Below, piece after piece: positions 49,769 to 59,312 of a stretch of DNA of 64,000 nucleotides (the stretch's first letter is position 1; each line of letters opens with the position of its first letter). Origin of the DNA: a virus; IMG/VR virus record IMGVR_UViG_3300036770_008728, positions 20,407 through 84,406 of that record, one strand, 5' to 3'. Below the pieces are notes generated by a model that searched no databases, was not told the DNA's origin, and was given only the letters and a program-made list of their open reading frames with translations. The translations under genes were made by a program, and so were the position numbers.

Positions 49769-50353
49769 ATGGCACTTCTGCTGACTGCTGAGGGCTTTCA
49801 AAAGCTCTACACTGACATTCTTACCTTGCGTCAAACTTTCCTCCTGCCGGTCAATATTGGCCGCGAATTGAGCCCTGAAGAACTGGCTCAACATGAAAAA
49901 ATCTTCCGCTCTGAATTCAAAGAACTGGTTCAGGCCTCCACTCGTGTCCTGCAACTCGATGGCTTTGTTGATGCCGTGGTTACACTAATGGGGCGCATCG
50001 TTCACCGTGGCCTGCCAGATTTGGCTCATCTTTACAGCTACATGCCGGGTGAAGCCTTCTTTATCAACGAAATGCTGGTGGGTGCCGAATCGCTGGATAT
50101 GAAGTTCTGGCCGGCTTGGGATGAAATTCAGGCCAGTAACCTGAGTAAAGTCTGTCCAGATGAAGCAAACCGGGACCAGACGATCAGCCATTATGAAGTG
50201 CTGGGTGTCCCCGTGTACGCTGAAGAAACTCCAACCGGCGGCTTTGTTATCAAAGTCGCTGAAGAAGTCACCGTGAATGGTGAGCTGTATCCGAAGGGTA
50301 AATTCTTAAAGTCGGTAACGTACAACAAGCCGAATTTAAAACCGTTCGTCTGA
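49769..50353 (+). CDS. MazG-like NTP pyrophosphohydrolase
   Basis: EFKEL, DGFVD, EIQASNLSK, GKFLK. Confidence 0.7.
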   Translation: MALLLTAEGFQKLYTDILTLRQTFLLPVNIGRELSPEELAQHEKIFRSEFKELVQASTRVLQLDGFVDAVVTLMGRIVHRGLPDLAHLYSYMPGEAFFINEMLVGAESLDMKFWPAWDEIQASNLSKVCPDEANRDQTISHYEVLGVPVYAEETPTGGFVIKVAEEVTVNGELYPKGKFLKSVTYNKPNLKPFV

Positions 50354-50414
50354 AAATTTTAGGATTAACAAACAGGCCCGCAAATGCGGGCCTACCTGTG
50401 AAATAGGTATTGGC

Positions 50415-53400
50415 ATGTCAAAGCATCCTCAGATCACACTTAGTGTGTTCACGAAGTTTTCAGGACCGCTGACCAAACAACTGAGCCTGGTGAATGGCAA
50501 GGTTAACAGCGATAGTAGTGAATGTCGGATGTCAAACGGTCTGGCTGAGCGCATCACCCTCCCATTTGACCAGTTGCCCCAGTTCTTTAGTAGCCTCAAC
50601 CCAATGCAAGCTGTTGCGACTGGTTGGGTTACGACTGAAGCCGCCACTGTAGAAATTATCACTAAAGACAAATTTGAAGATAATAACTACCTGTTCCCGG
50701 CGCACGTTACTCCACAGGGTGTCTTCGCAACACGAACCCTGAAATCTATCGGCCAGTCAGGCCCATCTCTGGTTATGTTCGACCATGACCATGACGAATT
50801 CTCACCACACAATGTGCATACGCCAGAGGAGTTTATCCAGCTGCTGAGCACCGTGGTACCCGATTTTGACAAGATTACGTTCCTGCGGACTTACTCAACT
50901 TCATCGTCTGTCTATCATGCTAAGACCGGTGAGTGTCTGCGGCCGGCGGATGGCTTCCATATTTACATGGCTGTGCCAGATGGTGCGGACGTACAGCGCT
51001 TTGGTGAAGTGCTTGAGAAGCGGCTGTGGCTGGCCGGCCTTGGCTATATCAAGGTTAGTGCTCGGAACGGTAGCTCACTGAAACGAACCGTTGTAGATAC
51101 AGCGGTATTCAGTCCTGAGCGTCTGATATTCGAAGCAGGGGCAGTAATCGTCCCAGGTAATCCGATTGTTCAGCGACTGCCGCAGCCGGAATTTGTTGAA
51201 AAAGCCCTGTCGTTTTTGGATACCACAAAGCTGCTGGATCTGACTGATGATGAGGAAGAGGCTTACCAGCAAGCGGTAAAGCAGGCACAGAATACTGATG
51301 TGGTGCTGGCCTCCAAGCAACAAGTTAAAGAGCGCCTGACCGAGGATTACATTGAGCAGGCCCGCCGGCAAGGTAAGATTTTATCTCGTCGCAGTGCTCA
51401 GAAAATGGTGGAAGGTCTCGAAAAGCATATCCTCCCACCATTTCATCCAATCATTCTGAGTGATGGTACTCAGGTCTCCATCCTGGAGCTCGTCAGTAAT
51501 CCAGCGAAGTACGATGGTCGCAGCTGCTTTGACCCGCTCCGGCCGGATAAAGGTGCTGACCGCGCCAAGTTCTACGCCAACTTAGACCAGGCTGTACCAA
51601 ATCCGGTTATCCACTCGTTCGTGGAAGGCTCACGGAACTTCAACCTCCGCGAGAGTATGAAGCTGCTGGCCCAGAACATTACCGAAGATGACGGTGATGA
51701 CCTGCGGGAAATTGCGAACACTTTCACTACGATGAACCAGCGTTATGTCACGGGCATCCAGCTGGCTCCGGGTTGGAATCTGGTAAAAAGCGATAAAGGT
51801 ACCGGCAAAACAAAAGAAATTGCCGGCGTGTTGCGGGAATCCAAGATGTCGATCTTGGCGGTGACTCACCGCGTCAGTTTAACGCACTCAATCAGCCGGG
51901 ACTTTGGTCTAGCCTGTTACAACGAAGCGGAAGTCAGCGCCAGCCACGTTCTGCGCTCACAGTCCCGCCTCGGCATCTGTTACGACAGTCTGCATAAGAT
52001 TGCGGGCCAGACCTATGACGTTGTGGTGCTGGATGAAGTGACGCAGCTGATGCGCCACGTTAAATCCGGCTCAGTGAAGCAGAAGTTCATCTGTTTGAAC
52101 GTTCTGCGGAGCATCCTGTTAAACGCTAAGTACGTGATTGCCATGGATGCGGATTTGGCCGTGCCGTTTGTGGAGATCCTGCGGGACTCAGAAATCGGCT
52201 GGATGAAACCTGCAACCCCAATCAGCGTTTTCGTGAACAGCTACAAGCCGGCAAAAGAACAAAAACGTCAACTTCGGGTCTATACTCAGGATGGTTCTAA
52301 GCCAAGCGAGGTAGGCTGGACGTTGGCATTACTGGAGCATGTGCTCGACAACGGAACTTTCGTAGCGACCAATTCAAAGACGAACACCTATGACCTGGCC
52401 AACACTATCGGCCGGCAGTTGGGTATGGAGCCGACCCAGATTATCAGTGAAGGCCATTTTATCACCGAGATAAAAGGGCGCCGGATTATTACCATCACCT
52501 CGGATAACTCCGGGGATGAGCAGGTAGCCAACTTCATCACGAACCTCAACGAAGAGCTGCGGGATAGCGATATCCTGATTGCATCACCATCAGTTGGTAC
52601 AGGCGTATCCATTAACGCTGTCAACGACCAAGCTCGGTTCAGCCGGACGTTTGGCCGGTTTACTCGGCGGGCCGGTAACACCTCGGGTGACTGCAGCCAG
52701 CACTTAAGCCGGGTTCGTGAGTGCCGTGAGTTTGATTTGGTGGTAATGGACACCTCTGAAATGGATGACGTCGACCCGGATATCATCATCCAGAAAGCCA
52801 TCATCAATAAACTGCGGGTGATTGACCGTCAGGTGGAATTCACTGATTTGAACTTCTGCCCATTTACTCGGAAGTACCAGTTCAGTGACGGCTCATGGTC
52901 ACAGTGGTTGGGTAAACTCACGGCGCTGGAAAATCTGGATCGTAATGAGTTCACCAGCAACATTCTGAACCGGCTGGTCGACGAGGGTTATTCCATCGAG
53001 TATCTGGAATCCAAGGTGAACAGCGCCAAGGCTGAAGAAATCAAAGAAGGCATGGAGCTCGTCATTGAAGAGCGCAAAGCCTTTGAACTCGAACAGCTGC
53101 AGAACGCCACTCTTATTACTGACGAAGAACTGGAGACTTTGGAAACGAAGATCTCCCTGACTGTCGAAGAAAAACGCCAATTGAAGAAGCGGAAAACCGC
53201 GGACACGTTTGGCGCCTATGAACATGAACCGTTGGCTGAACTCCTGGCTCTGCCTAAGGAAAGTTACAACAGCCGCCGTAACGGCCTCATGTTCGGTATG
53301 AATGGTGAAACCCTGTTCGTCATGGACTTGGTTAACCGGTTAGACCCAGAGAAGCAGCACATCGAGAAGACCGCTCACTTTGCGAAGTGGAACCTTATGT

Positions 53401-53930
53401 GGCAAATCGCTTCGATGGTTGGTGTTAATCTGGGATCCGATGGACTCCCGCATAACACCGAGTTAATTGTCACTGACGATATACGTAATGCCATTTATGA
53501 CTTCTTGTTTGAGAACCGGGGCGATGTTCAGGTCCTGCTCAATGCCACTGTGAAATGGTACAAGAAAACTCAGCTGACTGACCGGTATAAAGCTGTTGGC
53601 CGGATCATGAGTCTGATGGGCCTAAAATTGCAACGTGTGAAGGTTGCACCGGCACTTTATGTGTATCAAATTGACAAAGAAAGATTTAACATTCTGATCG
53701 AAGATATTTGTAGAGCAAAACAACACAGCCCCTCAAATAGCTTTAAAACCTTGGTCACAACGCCAAAATTCTTGGTAAGCTATGTGGCACAGTGGTCTGC
53801 AGGAACTCCGGAACGGTTAAAAAATGTTCACAGTTATGTGAGCCGGCTACAACCGTACCAAGCATCAGTGCTTCGGGGTTTCATGCTCAGAATGATAAAA
53901 AATCACATGGAAAGTGCTGAATGTGCATAG
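50415..53930 (+). CDS. Primase-like N-domain fused to origin-binding-protein-type SF2 helicase
   Basis: FDHD and GFHIY (AEP-like); KGTGKT, THRVSL, LDEV, MDAD, SPSVGTGVS, QHLSRVR. Confidence 0.75.
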   Translation: MSKHPQITLSVFTKFSGPLTKQLSLVNGKVNSDSSECRMSNGLAERITLPFDQLPQFFSSLNPMQAVATGWVTTEAATVEIITKDKFEDNNYLFPAHVTPQGVFATRTLKSIGQSGPSLVMFDHDHDEFSPHNVHTPEEFIQLLSTVVPDFDKITFLRTYSTSSSVYHAKTGECLRPADGFHIYMAVPDGADVQRFGEVLEKRLWLAGLGYIKVSARNGSSLKRTVVDTAVFSPERLIFEAGAVIVPGNPIVQRLPQPEFVEKALSFLDTTKLLDLTDDEEEAYQQAVKQAQNTDVVLASKQQVKERLTEDYIEQARRQGKILSRRSAQKMVEGLEKHILPPFHPIILSDGTQVSILELVSNPAKYDGRSCFDPLRPDKGADRAKFYANLDQAVPNPVIHSFVEGSRNFNLRESMKLLAQNITEDDGDDLREIANTFTTMNQRYVTGIQLAPGWNLVKSDKGTGKTKEIAGVLRESKMSILAVTHRVSLTHSISRDFGLACYNEAEVSASHVLRSQSRLGICYDSLHKIAGQTYDVVVLDEVTQLMRHVKSGSVKQKFICLNVLRSILLNAKYVIAMDADLAVPFVEILRDSEIGWMKPATPISVFVNSYKPAKEQKRQLRVYTQDGSKPSEVGWTLALLEHVLDNGTFVATNSKTNTYDLANTIGRQLGMEPTQIISEGHFITEIKGRRIITITSDNSGDEQVANFITNLNEELRDSDILIASPSVGTGVSINAVNDQARFSRTFGRFTRRAGNTSGDCSQHLSRVRECREFDLVVMDTSEMDDVDPDIIIQKAIINKLRVIDRQVEFTDLNFCPFTRKYQFSDGSWSQWLGKLTALENLDRNEFTSNILNRLVDEGYSIEYLESKVNSAKAEEIKEGMELVIEERKAFELEQLQNATLITDEELETLETKISLTVEEKRQLKKRKTADTFGAYEHEPLAELLALPKESYNSRRNGLMFGMNGETLFVMDLVNRLDPEKQHIEKTAHFAKWNLMWQIASMVGVNLGSDGLPHNTELIVTDDIRNAIYDFLFENRGDVQVLLNATVKWYKKTQLTDRYKAVGRIMSLMGLKLQRVKVAPALYVYQIDKERFNILIEDICRAKQHSPSNSFKTLVTTPKFLVSYVAQWSAGTPERLKNVHSYVSRLQPYQASVLRGFMLRMIKNHMESAECA

Positions 53931-53945
53931 CACATCTATTTGGAG

Positions 53946-54461
53946 ATGCGGGTGGTGAATAAGCCTATTCTAACTTTGAAACGGAATCCGACTGGGGCAG
54001 CAAAGTCCCGGTCGGCAGAAACGTCAAATTTCTCAAAACCAAAACCGGTTGAGAAGGTTCAAGCTTATCACGACTTGGGTCGGGTAATGGCCGAGCTCCG
54101 GAAAATGGGATACAAGGTGCGCTGGAAAGAGCCCCTGTCCAAAGCCATTTACCAGGAGATTCGGGCGGTACTGCCCAAAGAATTCATCTCCAGTCGGGCA
54201 CTTTATGATGCAATCGGTTACTTGGTGAAATCTATCAAGTACCTTCTGAAGATGCGGGATGGTGCGTTCCGTTACAACCTGGCCGGCAAGAAAGCCGGGA
54301 CTGTAACCGCTGAAGAATCCAAATTTGCACTGCAGGAACTGCTGAATCATCACGGTGATTACATGCGGGAACGTCGCCAGAGAGCAAAGAAGATTATCAC
54401 AGCGCACAAGCCATCTCGCTCAGGCGGACCACATGGCAAAAAACACGGGAAAGACCTCTGA
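53946..54461 (+). CDS. ProQ/FinO-domain RNA-binding protein
   Basis: PLSKAIYQEI...ALYDAI...YL.KMRDGAFRYNLAGKKAGTVT.EE matches the FinO-fold pattern. Confidence 0.78.
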   Translation: MRVVNKPILTLKRNPTGAAKSRSAETSNFSKPKPVEKVQAYHDLGRVMAELRKMGYKVRWKEPLSKAIYQEIRAVLPKEFISSRALYDAIGYLVKSIKYLLKMRDGAFRYNLAGKKAGTVTAEESKFALQELLNHHGDYMRERRQRAKKIITAHKPSRSGGPHGKKHGKDL

Positions 54462-54843
54462 AGATATTTTCGAAAATGCGCTGACAGCCGTTGGCGCCTT
54501 TGTTCTACGCAATACCGACCTGTACGATGCGGCCAAGAAGCGGCTGGTGACAGGGAACAAACCCTCCGACTTTTTGGTGACACAAGGCGAAACCTGGTAC
54601 GCCGAGGTGAAGTCCATCGAATCCGGCAACCGCTTTAGTTTTAGCTCCATTCAGCAAGAACAATGGCGTGTGGCCACCCGAGTTAATAAAGCCGGTGGTA
54701 AGTACTTTTTCTACCTGCACTTTATGGCCGAAGACCAATGGTTCAAAGTGCCGGCTTCCGTGATATTGCAGAGTGATAAAAAGTCGCTCACACTAACCGA
54801 CGTTGCTAACCACAGAGTTTTCTTTGGGCATGTGACATCATGA
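54433..54843 (+). CDS. Holliday junction resolvase-like PD-(D/E)xK nuclease
   Basis: GKTSE..FE, PSDF, AEVKS. Confidence 0.75.
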   Translation: MAKNTGKTSEDIFENALTAVGAFVLRNTDLYDAAKKRLVTGNKPSDFLVTQGETWYAEVKSIESGNRFSFSSIQQEQWRVATRVNKAGGKYFFYLHFMAEDQWFKVPASVILQSDKKSLTLTDVANHRVFFGHVTS

Positions 54844-54927
54844 TGACCTTTGGTTAAGCGGGGGGCCTTCCCCCGTTTAGTTTCAGGCTCATCATTAAAA
54901 ATTTTGGATTAACAAACAGGAATCATC

Positions 54928-56031
54928 ATGACTATGCCATTGCATGAAGAGCGGGTTATTGCTAATTCTCGCGCTCAAGTTTTCCCAGAGTCTCCGCTGG
55001 GTATTACCTCCCCACTGAATAAATATCTCAATCATCTGTACGTTCTGGGCGACCCTCATCTGGGCCGGCGCTTTACTGCAGGTGTTCCACTGGCCAGACG
55101 CGGTGAGCGTGAAGCCGAAATTCGTGAGCTGTTCCACAGCGAAGTTGTCTGCGTTAAGCCCGGCCGGCAGTTCCACGTCTGTATGGGTGATCTGTTCGAC
55201 GGCTGGACAGTGGACAACGAAACGGTTGAGTTCGCGTACCGGACCTACAAAGAAGCCAGCTGGCGCAACCCGGCAATCACTTACATCGTATTGGGCGGCA
55301 ACCACGACAAAGCCAAGGACAAAACCAAAGTCTCCAGCTTCCAGATTTTCGCGGAGCTGTGCCGGGACCTTGAAAACGTGCACGTCCTCACAGACACCAT
55401 TATGCAGCGCTCCTTCGATGGCCTGAACTTCCTGTTCGTTCCCTGGGTGCCGTGGCATAGCAGTAACCAGCAACTTTTCATCGAGCAGCCGAAGTTCATG
55501 ACCAAAGGCGAGGACTTTAAATTCATCGCTCTGGGCCACTGGGATATCGAAGACTACGGCAAAGGTGACGACGAAGTTCCTGGCCTGATCCCCTGGCAAC
55601 ACCTGAAAGCGCCACAGTGCGAAGGCATCATTACTGGCCATTTCCACAAACGTCAGCGCACCATCATGAATGGCATTGACGTGTTTGTGTCCGGTTCTAT
55701 GGCGCCATACGCTCACGGTGAAGACGATGATAATGCTGAGGACCCGCAATACCTCACATTACCCCGTGCAGAGGTTCTGTCGCGTCTGGAGGCCGACCCG
55801 GAAGCATTCGCCAGTAAATGCCTGCGTGTGTTGCTGGCCGACGACGAAGAACCACTGGCAGACATTAACTGCCTGCAGCTGACGATGAAGCGTGGCGCCG
55901 TGGGTAAGAATGCTGATGCCGTGCTGGATGTGAAGGTCGATGATTTTTCACTGAAGGTTTTATTCGATCAAGTGATGAGCGAGAAGGGTGTTTCTGAATC
56001 CCTGACTCGTGAGCTTTGGGAAAAACTTTAG
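54928..56031 (+). CDS. SbcD/Mre11-like metallophosphoesterase nuclease
   Basis: GDPHLG, GDLFD, GNHD, GHW, GHFH. Confidence 0.88.
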   Translation: MTMPLHEERVIANSRAQVFPESPLGITSPLNKYLNHLYVLGDPHLGRRFTAGVPLARRGEREAEIRELFHSEVVCVKPGRQFHVCMGDLFDGWTVDNETVEFAYRTYKEASWRNPAITYIVLGGNHDKAKDKTKVSSFQIFAELCRDLENVHVLTDTIMQRSFDGLNFLFVPWVPWHSSNQQLFIEQPKFMTKGEDFKFIALGHWDIEDYGKGDDEVPGLIPWQHLKAPQCEGIITGHFHKRQRTIMNGIDVFVSGSMAPYAHGEDDDNAEDPQYLTLPRAEVLSRLEADPEAFASKCLRVLLADDEEPLADINCLQLTMKRGAVGKNADAVLDVKVDDFSLKVLFDQVMSEKGVSESLTRELWEKL

Positions 56032-56040
56032 GAGCAGGCC

Positions 56041-58248
56041 ATGTTAAAGCATATTAAGTACGATCTGGAATTCTCTAATGGTGCCCGCCGTAAAATGGAC
56101 ACCGAACTGTTAGCCGGCTCAACACTCATCACCGGCAAGAACGGCCGCGGCAAATCCCTAATTTTGGAGATGTTTGGCTATCTGCTGTTTGGTTCTCAAG
56201 CGCTGCGGGGTGTAGCCGCCGACTATAAAAAGATGAATGTCGAAGGTACGGTCACCATTCGTGGCCGGGACTATAAAATTGTCCGCTCGAAGTCAAAGGC
56301 GGATATTTTTGATGCCGACGGTAATGTCATCGTCACCAGTACATCCGCGGTTAACGAGCACATTACGCAGCTTCTGGGATACAACTATGATGTGTTCCGT
56401 ATCAGCAATTGGTGTGCCCAAGGGGATATCCAGGCACTGGCCAACATGAAACCAACCGAGCGGAAGGCCATGATCGACAACGTGGCCGGTTTGACGCAGC
56501 TGGACGGTCTTATTGAAATCACCAAGCAGAGCATTAAGGTTCTGAAGGCTTCGGTTAGCGCCGTTGAAAATGCGCTGGTAAAACCGCTGGAGCCAACTAA
56601 ACCTGAGGTGGCCAGGAGCTGGGCGGTGGATTCGCTTGAAGAACAGAACACTTATTTGAGTGCCGCTCAGCAATCAGAAATGAAGCTGAACATGTTCCGT
56701 GTGCCACTGGCGGGCGAGGCCCCGGCTAAAGTGCGTGATCTGGTCCTGCCGGACGAACCAGTTCCGGCGCCACTGCCTCAGCTTGGTGACGCGCCGGCGA
56801 AACCAGAACCACGGCCTTTGCCGGTGTTTGAGCGTGAGAAACCGTTCAATAGTCGTGTGGGAGAGGGGGATACCCAGACGCTTCTGGACCGGGTTCTGGA
56901 CCTGCAAGTGAACCAATTCGGGCCAAAGTACAACAAGCTGAAAGAACTCTATGCAGGGATGTACAACCGCAAGCAGCATGTGTCTGACGAGATGTTGGCC
57001 CTTTGGAGGGGCAATCCTGATTTAGATTATTGGGACGAACAGCTCCAGCAATGGCGCAATAAACAGAGCTATGAGCAGTTGCTGGCTCAAGGTGATGTTA
57101 CTTGTCCAAGCTGCCAACACAGACACCCCGTGGCGGCGGAGGCACTTGCCAAATTTAACCCTGGGTTATTTCCAAAAGCTCAACCACCAGGACATACGGA
57201 GATCCGAATCGCTCAGGAGTACTGCCAGATTGAGGCGCAGTACACAAAGCTGATCGAAGAACTTACCACCATTTTTGGCGGTGAACCTGATGCCGTAGAT
57301 AAGCAGCTGGAAGAAATTCGGGTTGAGCTGGTGAACCACAAACAGGCCGAGGCCGAATATGCTCGGGCACTGGAACATCACCAGCAGCAGTGCCAATTCA
57401 TCGAGCAGAACAACCAGCAGGCGCTTGATAACTGGAAGCAGCAATGTGACAGTCGGTTGGTTCAACATCAGCAAATGGTGGATACCGTTCGCCAGAATAA
57501 CGAGCAGCGCCACAAAGATTGGCTGGCCCAGTGCAACCAACTCCGTCAGTCGCATCAACAATCCGTGGATGCCGCTAATTTGGCTCAGCAAAAGTGGGAG
57601 AAGGACATGCAGGCTCAACGCGATGCGGAATCAGAACTGGCAGAACTGAAGCACCGTTTCGCTCAGGATTACAGCCCAGAGCGTCTGCACGAAGCCCGCC
57701 GGAGTATTGAAGAGGCTCAGAAAACGATTGCTGACTGGCGCCTGTATGACAGCTTGTTTGGCGAGTATCAGCGCCTGCTGGAAAGCTACAACCTGGCCCT
57801 CAGCCGTTGTGATAACGAACGGGCTCAAATCGAAGACCAGACTAAAGCCCAAGCCGCGCTGGTCGAGATTAAGGCCCGTGTAAAAACGTACCTCATCCCG
57901 AGCCTGAACCGGGTGTCGAGCTACCTGCTGTCAGAGATGACCGGCGGTGAGCACAGCACGGTCCTGATGGACGAGAACTTTGAAGTGTTTGTCGACGGTC
58001 AGCCATTACGCACCATGTCCGGTTCTGGCAAGGACATCACCAACCTGGCCATTCGAATCGGCCTCGGTCGGATCCTGACACACAAAGTGCTGGGTATGAT
58101 GCTGCTCGATGAAGTGGACCAAGGTATGGATGACAGCCGTGCCGCCTATACGTGGGAATGTATCGAACGCATCACCCCACAAATTGGCCAGGTACTGCAG
58201 GTCAGCCATAAAGAGCTTCGAGCAGAAAACCGGTTAGTTGTCATGTAA
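56041..58248 (+). CDS. SbcC/Rad50-like SMC ATPase
   Basis: GKNGRGKS, Q-loop, CPSC zinc hook, MSGS signature, LLDEVD, VSH. Confidence 0.9.
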   Translation: MLKHIKYDLEFSNGARRKMDTELLAGSTLITGKNGRGKSLILEMFGYLLFGSQALRGVAADYKKMNVEGTVTIRGRDYKIVRSKSKADIFDADGNVIVTSTSAVNEHITQLLGYNYDVFRISNWCAQGDIQALANMKPTERKAMIDNVAGLTQLDGLIEITKQSIKVLKASVSAVENALVKPLEPTKPEVARSWAVDSLEEQNTYLSAAQQSEMKLNMFRVPLAGEAPAKVRDLVLPDEPVPAPLPQLGDAPAKPEPRPLPVFEREKPFNSRVGEGDTQTLLDRVLDLQVNQFGPKYNKLKELYAGMYNRKQHVSDEMLALWRGNPDLDYWDEQLQQWRNKQSYEQLLAQGDVTCPSCQHRHPVAAEALAKFNPGLFPKAQPPGHTEIRIAQEYCQIEAQYTKLIEELTTIFGGEPDAVDKQLEEIRVELVNHKQAEAEYARALEHHQQQCQFIEQNNQQALDNWKQQCDSRLVQHQQMVDTVRQNNEQRHKDWLAQCNQLRQSHQQSVDAANLAQQKWEKDMQAQRDAESELAELKHRFAQDYSPERLHEARRSIEEAQKTIADWRLYDSLFGEYQRLLESYNLALSRCDNERAQIEDQTKAQAALVEIKARVKTYLIPSLNRVSSYLLSEMTGGEHSTVLMDENFEVFVDGQPLRTMSGSGKDITNLAIRIGLGRILTHKVLGMMLLDEVDQGMDDSRAAYTWECIERITPQIGQVLQVSHKELRAENRLVVM

Positions 58249-58326
58249 GTCTCGGGTTGGCTGGGGTTGTCTCAACTCCAGCCAACCTCTATAATCAGAT
58301 TCTAAAATTAGGCAGGATTAACAAAC

Positions 58327-58788
58327 ATGACAGATGACGCAACTTTGCGGCTTGACCTGACACCTCACGATCTGCTCACCGAGCAAGATATGCTGGAGCT
58401 CACAGGCGTTTCCAGACCAGACATGCAGGCCCGGTGCCTGGCAGCGAACAACATCTACTTCCTTGTTAATCACAACAATATTCCAAAGACGACGTGGTAC
58501 CACGTCAATAACCCAATTCATCTTCGCACTCCCAGCTTATCCATGACCGACTTCGGCTATGGGTTCACCAAGACATTTCATCCAAAACGTGATAGCGGCG
58601 TACCTGCGGGACTCAGCCGGGACTCATGGGTAAAACGGATGACCAAATTCCTGGACAAGGTGTTTGCGAATATCGAAGAAGATGTGCCACCGCACATCAA
58701 ACAGCAAATTAAGGAAAATGCTGAACGGCTATCAAGGATGGAGGCCACTGCAGAAGAACAGCGCCAACGCAGTCAAACCGGCGCATAA
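58327..58788 (+). CDS. DUF4224-like DNA-binding protein
   Basis: LTEQDMLELTG...QARCL..NNIYF..P.TTW. Confidence 0.65.
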   Translation: MTDDATLRLDLTPHDLLTEQDMLELTGVSRPDMQARCLAANNIYFLVNHNNIPKTTWYHVNNPIHLRTPSLSMTDFGYGFTKTFHPKRDSGVPAGLSRDSWVKRMTKFLDKVFANIEEDVPPHIKQQIKENAERLSRMEATAEEQRQRSQTGA

Positions 58789-58811
58789 AAATTAGGGGAT
58801 TAACGAACATT

Positions 58812-59021
58812 ATGAGTGCAACTAACGAAGACGGTTTCTGGCTGACCAAGAAAGTTTGTGAATATTGCGGGGGCATATCCACAAGAACCCTACACCGGTG
58901 GCGGAACTTAAAGACAGCTCCATTCCCGGCGCCGATAAACCCCAGTAAAGGGTCCAAGGCAATGTATCGGGCCAGTGACGTAAAACAGTGGTTCACGTCA
59001 CAACAAACCGCACAACAGTAA
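58812..59021 (+). CDS. Excisionase/AlpA-like winged-HTH protein
   Basis: GISTRTLHRW...FPAP...YRASDVKQW. Confidence 0.75.
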   Translation: MSATNEDGFWLTKKVCEYCGGISTRTLHRWRNLKTAPFPAPINPSKGSKAMYRASDVKQWFTSQQTAQQ

Positions 59022-59036
59022 ACTCAATTTAAACTC

Positions 59037-59062
59037 AGAGCCCCGGTAATCCGGGGCTTTTT
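59037..59062. terminator. Terminator between convergent operons
   Basis: AGAGCCCCGG-TAAT-CCGGGGCTTTTT. Confidence 0.8.
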
Positions 59063-59312
59063 ATATCTGCAGGATTTCGTTGCTGGCGATGGTCCGTAAG
59101 CCGGCTATTGCCGGATCGTAAATCAGAGGCGTACCATCACTGGCCGCACGTTCTTTAATACTGCCATCGGGGAGTAGTACCAGCGGCTTAAGGTTCGTCC
59201 CGATCTCGGCGTCGGTGATTTGGTAGATCAAGCCCATCTTAAGAAGTAAGGCTCTCGCGTTGGTCGTCAGCGACGACGCCGAGTTAACCGGCCCCCAAGA
59301 ATTAATAGCCAC
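59061..59312 (-). CDS. Small phage protein
   Basis: Overlaps the end of the upstream tail gene. Confidence 0.55.
   Translation of the reverse strand: MAINSWGPVNSASSLTTNARALLLKMGLIYQITDAEIGTNLKPLVLLPDGSIKERAASDGTPLIYDPAIAGLRTIASNEILQI

Larger units (their letters stand above)
22..58804. promoter_or_regulatory. Dispersed phage leader motif (C/A)(A/C)AT(T/C)-N1-6-GGATTAAC(AAAC), about 33 copies, always in sense orientation
   Basis: Minus strand at 22, 5276, 6891, 11087. Plus strand at 11204, 14664, 15046, 19674, 19776, 20161, 20956, 21549, 23171, 24029, 26561, 27057, 29531, 30681, 31151, 32230, 33382, 36079, 39225, 39678, 40706, 47359, 49757, 50362, 54906, 58315, 58797. Variants at 12846 and 43496. 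Confidence 0.92.

Noticed and set aside
48216-50353. 2-aminoadenine (Z) or deazaguanine genome-modification pathway suggested by DUF5664-like and MazG-like genes
   Set aside because: No PurZ, QueC/D/E, FolE or DpdA-like gene recognisable; the cluster fits ordinary dNTP-pool tuning with ThyX and dCMP deaminase.
38485-55749. Long antisense ORFs (e.g. 38485-39135, 54895-55749)
   Set aside because: Shadow frames opposite well-supported helicase and nuclease genes, with no recognisable motifs.
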